In this document: positions 51,216-64,000 of the stretch, one piece after another
Position numbering within the stretch: the stretch's first letter is position 1
Layout of the letters: the number at the start of each line of letters is the position of its first letter
Position numbers and translations under genes: made by a program
The notes under the pieces: generated by a model
What the model was told of the DNA's origin: nothing
Database searches by the model: none
The model's input: the letters and a program-made list of their open reading frames with translations, nothing else
Source of the DNA: Eledone cirrhosa
Lineage: Eukaryota
Assembly (NCBI GenBank): GCA_964016885.1
Contig: OZ024745.1
Coordinates: forward strand, 124,186,001 to 124,250,000
Length of the DNA stretch: 64,000 nt
Direction: 5' to 3'

Positions 51216-52045
51216 GTATAAAAGAGAAAACACAGGTAAGCATGAAGAGAACGATTTTATCCAGGTATTGTAACCATAGGCTCAAAGAGAAGTTTTCGCA
51301 ATACAAGTGCAAATCGAAGCCTTAACCTCTTACTACCAACTGACAAACTGCATATACTTAGACTTTATACCCTCTTGTTGTAGCTAAACCCTTTTAATTA
51401 CCCACAAAAACGAATACCTATACCCGCCCCCTTCTCCTTCATTCCTCTTCTATTTCTTCGTTTTCTTCCTTCCTTCCCTCCCCTTCTTGGCTATCTTTTC
51501 TTTTCTTCTTTCTCCCCCCTTCTTTGCTTTTATTTTTGTCATTATTATCTTTATTTTTTATATATATATATATATATATTTATCTCTTTATATCTCCCCC
51601 GCCCTCTCTCTCTCCATCCCTCCCACTATGATCAATTTAATTCTCTTTAACTCACTACATTCCACGACATGAAGTCTGAATATCAAAACTGATCAAAGAA
51701 TCCTTCCCCCTCTACCCCCCTCCATCTCAGTTTGTCACTCTACTTCCTAACTCTTTCCCCTTCCTCTCTCTCTATACTATTCCGTTTGTCCCCTCACCTT
51801 CTGATTCCTCTCTCTCTCTCTATACTAGTAAATGCAATTCCAAATAAATGTTTTTCTCTATATATTAAGAATTATTAGTGAGTAACTTACTCACTATTTT
51901 GAAAATTTGAACTGTGAACAACAATTATAATTGAGTGGCTGCTATTTGCAGTATAGCAATATAAGGTTGCACTTACCAATGAAACGGTCGTAAATACCTG
52001 GATAAAATCCTTCTCTTAATGCTTACCTGTGTTTTCTCTTTTATA

Positions 52046-52047
<2 letters not shown>
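51216..52047. repeat. Inverted repeat with ~55-bp arms about 720 bp apart
   Basis: GTATAAAAGAGAAAACACAGGTAAGCAT...GATTTTATCCAGGTATT / AATACCTGGATAAAATC...ATGCTTACCTGTGTTTTCTCTTTTATAC. Confidence 0.88.
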
Positions 52048-52097
<50 letters not shown>

Positions 52098-52102
52098 TGA
52101 AA

Positions 52103-52310
52103 GGCGTGTGGCTGAGTGGTTAGAGAATTGGATTCACAATCTTGAGGTTGTGAGTTCGATTCCTGGACCGGGCGATGCGTTATGTCCTTGAGCAAGACAC
52201 TTTATTTCACGTTGCTTCTTCTACATGGAGTTACGACCGATAGATAGTACTAGCAACTGGAAAGACCAACGGAAATATTGTTTCCTCGGTCCGGTTTGAC
52301 GAAAGTCGAT
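52103..52310 (+). mobile_element. tRNA-derived SINE family 2
   Basis: A box TGGCTGAGTGG, B box GAGTTCGATTCC and a CORE-like segment. Confidence 0.8.
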
Positions 52311-52328
52311 CGATAAAAAAAAAATATA

Positions 52329-52426
52329 TATATATACCCTCTTTTTAATTTTTTGTTACTCACTTCAGCCCCACCCCCCTAAAGGGGTGAAGTGAGGAAA
52401 AAAAATTTAAAAAGAGGGTATATATA
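52329..52426. repeat. Imperfect palindrome
   Basis: TATACCCTCTTTTTAA..CTCACTTCA / TGAAGTGAG..TTAAAAAGAGGGTATA. Confidence 0.8.
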
Positions 52427-52888
52427 GAGGGTGAAGTTAGGAAAAAAATATAATAATATAGATTATTTATGTGTAATTATTTATGTGTAGTGTGAGTTTC
52501 TGCAGAAAATTTATACTTTACTTAATATTCAAATATTCAAATATAGTTAGTGGAACACATTTCTTAAGATGTGTTTACAGCTATATACTATAGGTTTGTG
52601 GTTCCCATTGATGTGTTTTTTATTAACTCAATAATATCATTTACATACACACACGCGTAGCAACATAAATATATAAATATGCTTACTAACACACACAACT
52701 ACTAGAACACGCATACGTACGCATATAATATATCTACTTAGATATATCTCTCTCCCCTTCTTTATTGCCCCCTCCCCCCTCGCTGTACATTCATATTGCT
52801 CTTTGATGTGAGAAAGCATATGTATATGTACATACACAAGCATACATCATACACTCATATATGTTACACAAATATATAAAGGTGTATA

Positions 52889-53765
<877 letters not shown>

Positions 53766-53766
53766 T

Positions 53767-54148
53767 CACCATCATCACCGTTTTACGTCCGTTCGTCCAT
53801 GCTAGCATGGGTTAGACGGGTTGTCCTGTTGTGTGTAGTGTCTGGTCGGCTGACCATGCCTTGCTTATACAGGAACTGATTTGGCTTGATTTCTACAGGT
53901 GGATGTCCTTCCTAACACCAACCTCATTTACAGTGAGTGCTGGGTGCTTTTCCGTGGCGCCTACACGTCCACTTTACAGTGTGGGCTGGGTGCTTTTTTG
54001 CCGTGGCACTCCACGACCACTTTGCAGTGGGAGGGTGTAGGGGCATATTGTCTATATGCTTCAGCTTGTACCCATGGGAGGTCGCGTACTCTGTATTACT
54101 GCGTGACGCCAGAGGTCAGGGTCGTGTGTCATCGCCTTTGAGAGGTGT
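53767..54148 (-). mobile_element. RTE family A 3' end with complete composite tail
   Basis: Nearly identical to 1..291 and includes the (GAT)n terminus. Confidence 0.88.
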
Positions 54149-54881
54149 ATATTTATTAAAATAACAGATTAAAGTTTAAGCAAAGAATCGCTGCTTTCAC
54201 CCTTAACGGGACTCTCTGATATTTTAATATTTTAATAAATATTTTGCTCTACGGTTCTTATATATTTGATATATATTTATCCTTATCGAGCCATCTTTGT
54301 ATTTTAGTCTTCAAATTTATTATTATTACTATATATATATATATATAGATATTTTTTCAATTTCCAATTGAGTTCTTAGCACGTGGCCTGAATTCCTTTC
54401 AGAGTTCATTGTCACGCGCATGTATTGTTTTTTTTGGCGGTAATTCACTTCCTCATTTTTTGAATCATGTTCGAGCACTTCATTCAGAACTGCTGGACTG
54501 GCAACCTGACAGATACCTCAGGCACAGAAAGTGATGATCGCTAAATGCTGATGTTGGTTAGATTATCAATATTAGTATTATTGGGGCACCCACTGATGAA
54601 TTATAGGAGCCCACTTGATGTCTATTGATGGTATACAAGCTCCTACATAAATTGGTATAATTTCACCCAATTTGTAGGAATTCTATAATGAAACGAGACG
54701 TCCGTCTGGGAAGAGATATATTAGATATGTCTCATTTGAAATAATACAGCCAACTTTCCATGCAATACTTTTAGTTAGCACCCCGAACACATAATTGGGA
54801 ATATAATCACTTATTTCCTAATGTTTGTTGAGTGAGTTGGAATTTGGCCGGAGTATCGCTAAAAAGCTTTCTCCGATATTG

Positions 54882-54924
<43 letters not shown>

Positions 54925-54930
<6 letters not shown>

Positions 54931-55649
54931 GAAAATACAGAAATTATTATGAGCAAGAAGCCAACAGTATTTCATAATATATAAGTGACTATAATGTCAA
55001 GATGGAAAATATTCAACGTAAGATATGGGAAAATAATTCAAACTCAATTCAAAAAAAGTTAAGACAGAAATTTTATACACAGATTTTGTGAAATCCAGGG
55101 AACAAAACCAATAGAGTCTTCACTCAGAATAAAATTAAGGTTAAATACTTATCCTTTAATTTGGAAAAACTACAAATGCTCTATATAGACGTATAAAGAC
55201 TATTTCACGAAACTTTTCAGTGGGGTTAGTCACGGTTGGAGTCGTTCATCGGTAGAGCTCAAACACGATAGCCAAAAATACTGCTAAAATATGCCAGAAA
55301 AGGAATTTAAAAGCAGGCTAGTACACCTCGTGTGGAATTATAAAAATGAACACACATGGAGAACATGGCTAATGACGTCAGAATGAGACGAATATCTGTT
55401 TAAAAGAAACACGAGTCAAAACATTCCGAAAAAACTCAACAAAAGGTATGGAGTTCAGCATATAGCAATATTATCGCGGTTTAAAAAAAAAAGACCGGGA
55501 TTAGTCACAAATAATGTTAAGCACTCTAGGAAAAATTCTGAATATAAATATAAACGAAAATAGAGAAATTAATGTCATAATATATAAGTGACTATAACGT
55601 CAAGATGGAAAATATTTAACGTAAGATATGGGAAAATAATTCAAACTCA
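54925..55649 (-). mobile_element. ~600-bp unit with terminal direct repeat and internal hammerhead (PLE pLTR or retrozyme-like)
   Basis: 54972..55046 is repeated at 55575..55649 with 2 mismatches; flanked by (AT)n. Confidence 0.7.
55178..55258 (-). ncRNA. Hammerhead motif with U4C variant
   Basis: GCTCTA CCGATGA ACGA..TCGT GAAA TAGTC-TTTATAC-GTCTA TA TAGAGC. Confidence 0.6.
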
Positions 55650-56800
<1,151 letters not shown>

Positions 56801-57132
56801 CTGCTCTCACAGACATATTAACAAATATTTTGTGAATCTATTTGATTTTAATTTATCATTAACATCGATACCCGATACCAATTACCCACCACATTACTAC
56901 TACTACTACTACTACTACCACTACTACTACTACTACTACTGTTGCTACTACTACTACTACTACTACTACTACTTTCTTAAATGAGTATTTCTGTGTGTTA
57001 TTTTCGTATTTCTGTCCCTAATCAAATTTCATTTTAAAAAAAAAAGAAGAGAAATTTTCTCATTTGTTTATTTAGATTGAAAACCACATCATAAAATAAT
57101 AAAAAATGTACTCAATACACACACACACACAG

Positions 57133-57196
<64 letters not shown>

Positions 57197-57654
57197 TAGC
57201 GTGGAAGATAGATGTTAAACGATAATGATGATTATATATATATATACACACATATATATATAAATATATATATATATATGTTGATGTGTATGTATCTATA
57301 AATCTCTCTCTCTCTCTCTCTGTATATATATATATATATACATATATAAACAAAATCAACTAAATATAGAAATGTATAAAACAAAATTCTTATTAAGAAA
57401 AATCGTTCAGTATTTGTAGTAATAAAAAAAAACATCTTTTGACAGATTTGATAAAATTAGAGTTAAAGACAAAAACACTCGTTTATTATTAGATGTTTAT
57501 TTATGGAAAGTTATTTCTTTTATATCTTATTAATAATATTTGCTCTAACATTAGCACAAGGCCATACACGTTTGGAGGAAAAAATTATTGAATTATATTA
57601 ACATCAACTACTTCAACTCAAAACGTTGAAACTCTCTGTAGTTATGATGTGAAC

Positions 57655-57960
57655 TTCTTCTTTGGCTACTTATTTCCGAGAGGGTCATGGGGGAAGAGTC
57701 CCCAAACATGCCTTCCAGCAGGTCATGTCAGAAGCAACCCTCTCCAACTGATCCAGCTGGATTGCCAAGGGAGACCAGCCAAACTCATGGACATTATCCA
57801 ACACTCTTGCTTGGGATCTACCTCTGGGTCTCCCTATGGTTAGTTTTGCTTATAAAATCCATCCAGTGATTCTTTCCTGAGACACTCTAACCACATGCCC
57901 ATAGTATCAGAGCTGTAATGTTTCAAATATGATGTGAATTCAACCGCAAAATTCAGTCAT
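57655..57960 (-). mobile_element. Expander-like RTE 3' fragment; relative at 8545..8660
   Basis: Minus strand: LDNVHEFGWSPLAIQLDQLERVASDMTCWKACLGTLPP*PS. Confidence 0.6.
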
Positions 57961-58297
57961 GCCTGAGCCCTTAACAGGGCAACACAGAAATTTAAAAAAA
58001 GGTGGATTGGTAAGATCAGTTTAAATCTTGAGTTAATTTCATGTGTTGTGTCCACCATTGGAATCATGGCTAGCTGAAAATATCTGTATTGGATACTTGT
58101 TTGTGATGTTATAAATGTACTGGAAGGAGCCAGCTCTATGGACTCTGCAAATGCTGGCAAAAGTACAAGTATGTATGTAACTAATACTTTATCCTATCTA
58201 TGTTGGAAGGATGAAAAGTAAAGTTGACCTCAGTAGGATTTGAGAAAGACTGCAAATATTTTGTATGATGTGCTAACAATTCAGGCAAGTGGTTTAA

Positions 58298-58487
58298 CCC
58301 ATTAGCATTTTCATTACTCTATATATACTATTCTATTTTCATAGTAAAGGCTTTACCTCACATAATATTGAATCTATGAGATTTTGATATTATCTATTTT
58401 GAGAACAATACCTTAACATCAGTGTGAGTGGCTCAAACAGAAAAATGTGAGAGAATTCTGGCCGGATATGGTTTAAATGCTAAAGGG
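58298..58487 (-). mobile_element. piggyBac-type MITE
   Basis: TTAA CCCATTAGCATT...AATGCTAAAGGG TTAA. Confidence 0.8.
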
Positions 58488-59559
58488 TTAATTTGTTGTT
58501 TGCTCTCCCACCTCGCACAGGCTAACTTTAATTAGCTAAAATGTTGGTGAATGCGGTGTCAGCTGTGACCATCCCATCACTTATTCAAATTGTTGTTATT
58601 CTATTCCATAATCAAATATGTTTGAGCCATGGTTATTCTATCTTCTTCTTAAGTACAAGAAACCTTGAACCATATTATCTAATGTCTCTTTTGTAATTTA
58701 AGATATGTATAATTGTTTCTACTTTTGGCACAAGGCCAGCAATTACCCAGTGCATTACTGGTACTTTATTTTATCGACCCCATAAGGATGAAAGGCAAAG
58801 TTAACCTCGGTGGGATTTGAACACAGAATGGCAAGGACCGTAACTCTTTGCTGCAAAGCATGGTGTCCGACCCTCTACTGATACTGCCAATCCATCGTCC
58901 TAGATAGATATATATAATCTCGAGTTATCATATATTTGTCTGCTAGGTGACTTGATTTGTTTTTGGTTATTGATGTTGTTTACCCCTAGGCTATCATTTA
59001 TCAAAGGAACATGAACAAATGTATTGTAGCTGTGATCATTGCATCATTCCTTAGACAGTGTAGCTAAAGCGAGACCATTTAATATTTTCTTTCTTTTTTT
59101 TTTAGGATAGCAGAGAGTATTTGGTAACAGATCTTGTTGCTATTTCTAGCAAGTCAAATGACCACATAAAGACTTCCATTAGAGTTCATAACAATAAGTA
59201 TTTTGTATTTAGCTCTTGATAACATGTAGTTATTTAGCAGAAAACAGGGTTTCTTAACTCAAATGTTTACAATATATTTTCTAGTTGACAGATTGTTTTG
59301 AACATTTGGTGAACTAGAGTAAAGACGTTATATTTTAATGTGATGCAATCATCAGATGAAACTTAAATAGTAAAATACTGTATTACCACTGTAGAGCATT
59401 AAACATAAATATTTACTCTAGTACTGTTATTTTACACAACATCTAGTATAGATACTATAAACATTTCAAATAACAATAACATTAGATATATTCTTCAAAA
59501 TTATTACAGGATGTTAAGAGTTAATCAAGATATAACAAATCAGTAAGTCAGTTGACTCT

Positions 59560-60610
59560 CTAGGTCTTCATATCAATGCTGAAAACTAATGTACAGTTTC
59601 TCATCTTACATCAGCACACTGCTGCATTGCATTACAATCTGAAACTGAAAATGTGCATACCTATTTGCTGCTATGAAATTTAGGTGTACTAAATAATTGT
59701 ACTGGTACATACAAACTAGCTGTAAAAGCTTTAATGGACCATGTGATCAAAGCCATTATTATGACTAGTTATACCAAGGGAGAAGATGCTTATATTCCAC
59801 ATATGTTCCTCATTTTATCAGATATACAATTTCAGTTATAGCACCTTATGTTTCCAATGGCACAATCATTTTCTATGACTATCAGAAAGTTTCAGGGGCA
59901 GCCCCTCAAGGTTTCTGGTGTTCAGAGCTGATATGTCTCAGGGGCTGCCCCTCAAGGTTTCTGGTGTTCAGAGCTGATATGTCTCAGGGGCTGCCCCTCA
60001 AGGTTTCTGGTGTTCAGGGCTGATATGTCTCAGGGGCTGCCCCTCAAGGTTTCTGGTGTTCAGAGCTGATATGCCTCAGGGGCTGCCCCTCAAGGTTTCT
60101 GGTGTTCAGAGCTGATATGTCTCAGGGGCTGCCTCTCAAGGTTTCTGGTGTTCAGAGCTGATATGTCTCAGGGGCTGCCCCTCAAGGTTTCTGGTGTTCA
60201 GAGCTGATATGTCTCAGGGGCAGCCCCTCAAGGTTTCTGGTGTTCAGAGCTGATATGTCTCAGGGGCAGCCCCTCAAGGTTTCTGGTGTTCAGAGCTGAT
60301 ATGTCTCAGGGGCAGCCCCTCAAGGTTTCTGGTGTTCAGAGCTGATATATCTCAGGGGCTGCCCCTCAAGGTTTCTGGTGTTCAGAGCTGATATGTCTCA
60401 GGGGCAGCCCCTCAAGGTTTCTGGTGTTCAGAGCTGATATGTCTCAGGGGCTGCCCCTCAAGGTTTCTGGTGTTCAGCTGATAAGTTTGTTTCCTTTGCT
60501 GACAGCTCTAAGTTGCATGCTCACATGTGGGAGCAAGCAGACATCTTTCCATCAGAATACAAAACAACAAAACAAACAATATTGTCTATGCTAGATCTCT
60601 TGCTTACTAA
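59560..60610 (+). pseudogene. Helitron PIF1-like helicase C-terminal remnant
   Basis: LAVKALMDHVIKAIIMTSYTKGEDAYIP...FPMAQSFSMTIRKFQGQPLKVSG [array] QL*VACSHVG...KTNNIVY matches the FAMTINKSQGQ...GQLYVACSRV...T.NVVY pattern. Confidence 0.8.
59892..60483. repeat. 46-bp minisatellite, about 13 copies
   Basis: TCAGGGGCWGCCCCTCAAGGTTTCTGGTGTTCAGAGCTGATATGTC. Confidence 0.97.
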
Positions 60611-61014
60611 AACACTTCTGCTTTATGTGTTGCATATCGATTTAAATTTACAAAGATATATAGAAACTAAGAAATAAAGATAGTATTTCTTCCACCACAA
60701 AGTCAAAACTTAACAATAAACATGGTCTCACATTCTTCACACATCATAGAAGCCAGAATAAAATTCAACTTTGGAGATGTATCTGCATTAAAATAAGGAA
60801 AACATATCTATTCATATAAAATTGCATATAAAAAGAACTATATAAAAACTTGGTATAAGAGATAACATTTTAGTTTTAAAATATCAAACTGTATCTACAT
60901 ATTCAGCATGGTATCTACATGGGCAATGGTGGTTACCTCATATGTATATATATATATATTTCATTTCTGAATTTGTTTGGCAAGATTCTTTATTGAAAAC
61001 GTGTGTTGAAACCG

Positions 61015-61152
61015 ATATTGTTAAACTTTGGGAGGGTCATGTTGCAAATAAGAAATTTATAAATTTTTAAATTTATAATAAATTTGAGTGAAAGCAACTG
61101 GTGCGTGTGTTTCTTATTGGCAACATAACCCTCCCAAACTATAACAACATAT
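61015..61152. repeat. Imperfect inverted repeat with ~40-bp arms
   Basis: TTTGGGAGGGTCATGTTGCAAATAAGAAA / TTTCTTATTGGCAACATAACCCTCCCAAA. Confidence 0.8.
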
Positions 61153-61234
61153 ATATATTGTTATATATATATATTATTATACATATATATATATATATAC
61201 ATACATATACATACATATATATATATATGTATAT

Positions 61235-61265
<31 letters not shown>

Positions 61266-61302
61266 CATATATACACATATATATGCATATACATATATAT
61301 AC

Positions 61303-61344
<42 letters not shown>

Positions 61345-61353
<9 letters not shown>

Positions 61354-61892
61354 CTGCGACTAAACTGGCAACCCCAAGGTTTCTTGGTGAGGAGGGTGAC
61401 TTTGGACATCCTGCAGGACTAAAAACAAAACCTGTCAAAGGGCAAAGGAGCTCTTAAGAGTTAATGGCCATCCAAAATCACCGAGAGAGATGACCCCTTA
61501 GCCTTTGTCAAGGCAGAATTCTAGGAGAAGGAAAACTCTGATATAACACCTGCAACCCTGATGGTATCCAATGATGTTGACTTGTTCTTCTTTTTGGTAA
61601 ATATCATCTTGGTTAAGAGAGTGGGACTGGCTTTGTGCAGTGCTTTTGCTCACTATAAAAGCTTCACGGCACAGGCGTTGCTTTATATCTGGAGATCTTT
61701 CTGTACTTGTTGTCAAATGGTATCATGGGCCCAGCACTATGTGTCAATAATTGTCACAAGTGTAGTGTTTGTACCAGAGTTTTCAAGTCGCTGGCTGGAC
61801 TAAATAGTCACACTCGTTCAGCGCATCGGTAGGGGTTCTCCTACATGGATATAAAGTAGTGGCCGTACTCGAAAACGAGTTGGCAGCCACCA
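61345..61892 (+). mobile_element. Family X bipartite RTE derivative
   Basis: 61755..61832 encodes [25 protein letters not shown] (C2H2). Confidence 0.75.
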
Positions 61893-61973
61893 TATATATA
61901 CATGTATACATATATATATATTTACATATATATATATATACACACATATATATATATATATACACATATATAT

Positions 61974-62012
<39 letters not shown>

Positions 62013-62014
62013 TA

Positions 62015-62920
62015 CGAGGGCAATACCAAAAGTAAGGTCTCCAAAGCGTTGGGGATGCAGAGAAACTGTTTGTACGGCTGTTGGCAACACTGTTGTGATT
62101 GGTGCTTCCTTCACACCCAAACAAGCATGCACGTGCTTCGCTGGGATGCTCAATCTTGGCTTGGCAGCTGTTGAGAATGGAGCTCCCATTGAACGCTACT
62201 GCCAAGTGCGAAGTTCGCGCAGTTATTCGGTTTTTGAATGCAAAAGGCATTGAATCGATTGAAATTCATCGCCAATTGACGGAAGTGTATGGACAGTCGT
62301 GCATGGATGTCAAAAACGTTCGCAAGTGGTGTAGAGAGTTTACAGCCAGTCGTACTGAAATTCACGACGAACAAAGGAGCGGGAGACCGTCAATTTCCGA
62401 TGAGACATTCGCAATTTTTCTGTTAAAATCCTGTGGACGGTGATTCGGGAAACCTCAGGAACCAAAATGCAGAGAGTATCTAGAGTGATCCGCCAATCTT
62501 TACGCATGTTTTCCTGAAACTTTGGAACTGTCTTGTCGGAAATTGACGGTCTCCCGCTCCTTTGTTCATCGTGAATTTCAGTACGACCGGCTGTAAACTC
62601 TCTACACCCCTTGCGAACGTTTTTGACATCCATGCACGACTGTCCATACACTTCCGCCAATTGGCAATGAATTTCAATCAGTTCAACGCCTTTTGCATTC
62701 AAAAAACAAATAACTGCGCGAACTTCGCACTTGGCAGTAGCGTTCAATGGGAGCTCCATTCTGAATGGCTGCCAAGCCAAGATTGAGTATCCCAGCGAAG
62801 CGCGCGTATGCTTGTTTGGCATTGAAGGAAGCACCAATCACAAAAGTGTTGCCAACAGCCGTACAACAGTTTCTCTGCGTCCCCATCGCTTTGGAGACGT
62901 TACTTTTGGGATTGCCCTCG
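62015..62920. mobile_element. Mariner-derived fold-back element made of two convergent 5' halves
   Basis: TA-CGAGGGCAAT...ATTGCCCTCG-TA. Each arm encodes the mariner N-terminal HTH (EVRAVIRFL...IHRQLTEVYG...RSGRP), with ATGs at 62177 (plus) and 62759 (minus). Confidence 0.92.
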
Positions 62921-62942
62921 TATATATGTGTATATATATATA

Positions 62943-63508
62943 TACAGATGTGTTGGTATCTGTGTTTCATCACATACATATTAATTTATACACTGCTCAG
63001 GGGGTATTTTTCCTCCTTCGAGCTGATTCCATTGTAAAAGAATTCATTACCTTATTAATTTTAACTGCTCCTAGTTTGAGCTGCAAGCCGCCTCATATAT
63101 ACGACTGTTATTTCTAGCAGTACGGTTATGAGACTAGTTAGATACTGTAAAGCCATGTGCGTCACGCAGTCTTTTAAATTATTTAGAAGTGAAGCATATC
63201 AATTTGTCTCTGGATGTTTACTGAGGAGAGCGGGACATGATATTCCTACACTTGTTTAACTCAAAACATATTTGGATCTTAAAGTCTAAACTTATCTACG
63301 GAACAGGTTTGATTTTGAAATTTAAATGTGTCTAAACATCACGGCCTCTTGGCAATACAGTTCGTCTCCGTTGATTTATTATTTTAAATCGATATGGACA
63401 AACTGTAGTATAATAATTAGTATACTTCAATCTGGCTAAATTTTTCTTTTGCAATATATATACAGATGTGTTGGTATCTGTGTTTCATCACATACATATT
63501 AATTTATA
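62943..63508 (+). mobile_element. 518-bp unit with identical 48-bp terminal direct repeat and internal hammerhead
   Basis: TACAGATGTGTTGGTATCTGTGTTTCATCACATACATATTAATTTATA at 62943 and 63461. Confidence 0.75.
63213..63340 (+). ncRNA. Type I hammerhead with very long stem III and G12A lesion
   Basis: GATGTTTA CTGAGGA GAG..CTC AAAA CATATTTGGAT...ATTTAAATGTG TC TAAACATC; perfect 8-bp stem I. Confidence 0.7.
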
Positions 63509-63533
63509 TATATATATATATATTTACACACAC

Positions 63534-63567
<34 letters not shown>

Positions 63568-64000
63568 GCATACATACACACATATATAATATATATACAT
63601 ACATTTATATATATACAATGTGCATACCTACACTATTTTGAATATGGATCTGTATTTATCTCTTTTTATATTCTGCTGAAACCTCATCTAATATGAGTTC
63701 ACGTTAAACAATTTTCACTATGAATGTCAGAAATCTAGTCTTTTAGAATTTGAAGAAGGATGAAAAATTACAAGTCAAAATGTTTTATTTAGTTTGAATA
63801 TTGTTGTTACTATATTTGTTGTTGTTGTTTATCTCTAGGGCAGCTCTTAAAAAACAGAAATCTGTGATCAAAAACATTTCAAGTATGATACGCTATGTCT
63901 AAAATGAAGATGAGTTTATTTCAATTTACTTTATCCACTCTGTTTTGTTTTTATTAAGATGATAACCCATGTTAGTGTGGAAGATAGACGTTAAATGATG

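Noticed and set aside
52103-52180. tRNA gene
   Set aside because: A and B boxes run into a SINE body that is repeated elsewhere; no proper acceptor stem.
54185-54222. TCCC-GTTAA-GGGT GAAA hammerhead half on the minus strand
   Set aside because: CUGANGA and NUH are not recoverable.
54350-54880. LINE endonuclease remnant (SDHH on the minus strand)
   Set aside because: Only one convincing motif.
59892-60483. CRISPR-like palindromic repeats
   Set aside because: No spacers; the unit derives from helicase coding sequence.

Overview
AT-rich eukaryotic, repeat-saturated window with no convincing host-gene exon. The repeat content looks molluscan, probably octopus; this is inferred from repeat types only. 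It holds one near-full-length decayed RTE-clade LINE (11.4-14.8 kb) with a PHD-type finger inside its RT, many RTE 3' fragments and bipartite RTE derivatives, two tRNA-derived SINE families, TTAA-flanked piggyBac-type MITEs, a mariner fold-back element, a Helitron helicase remnant split by a 46-bp array, a ~74-bp minisatellite and long microsatellites. Most ORFs in the track are microsatellite artefacts. The most notable signal is about 14 type I hammerhead ribozyme (HHR) motifs, 10 of them within 42.6-51 kb. They sit in mostly unrelated short inserts within (AT)n tracts, and one follows a Penelope-like GIY-YIG endonuclease. Several lie in inverted-repeat or terminal-direct-repeat cassettes. 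Architectures include minimal, U3-A8 core, long stem II and long stem III. All folds were read by eye; none has been computed or assayed.
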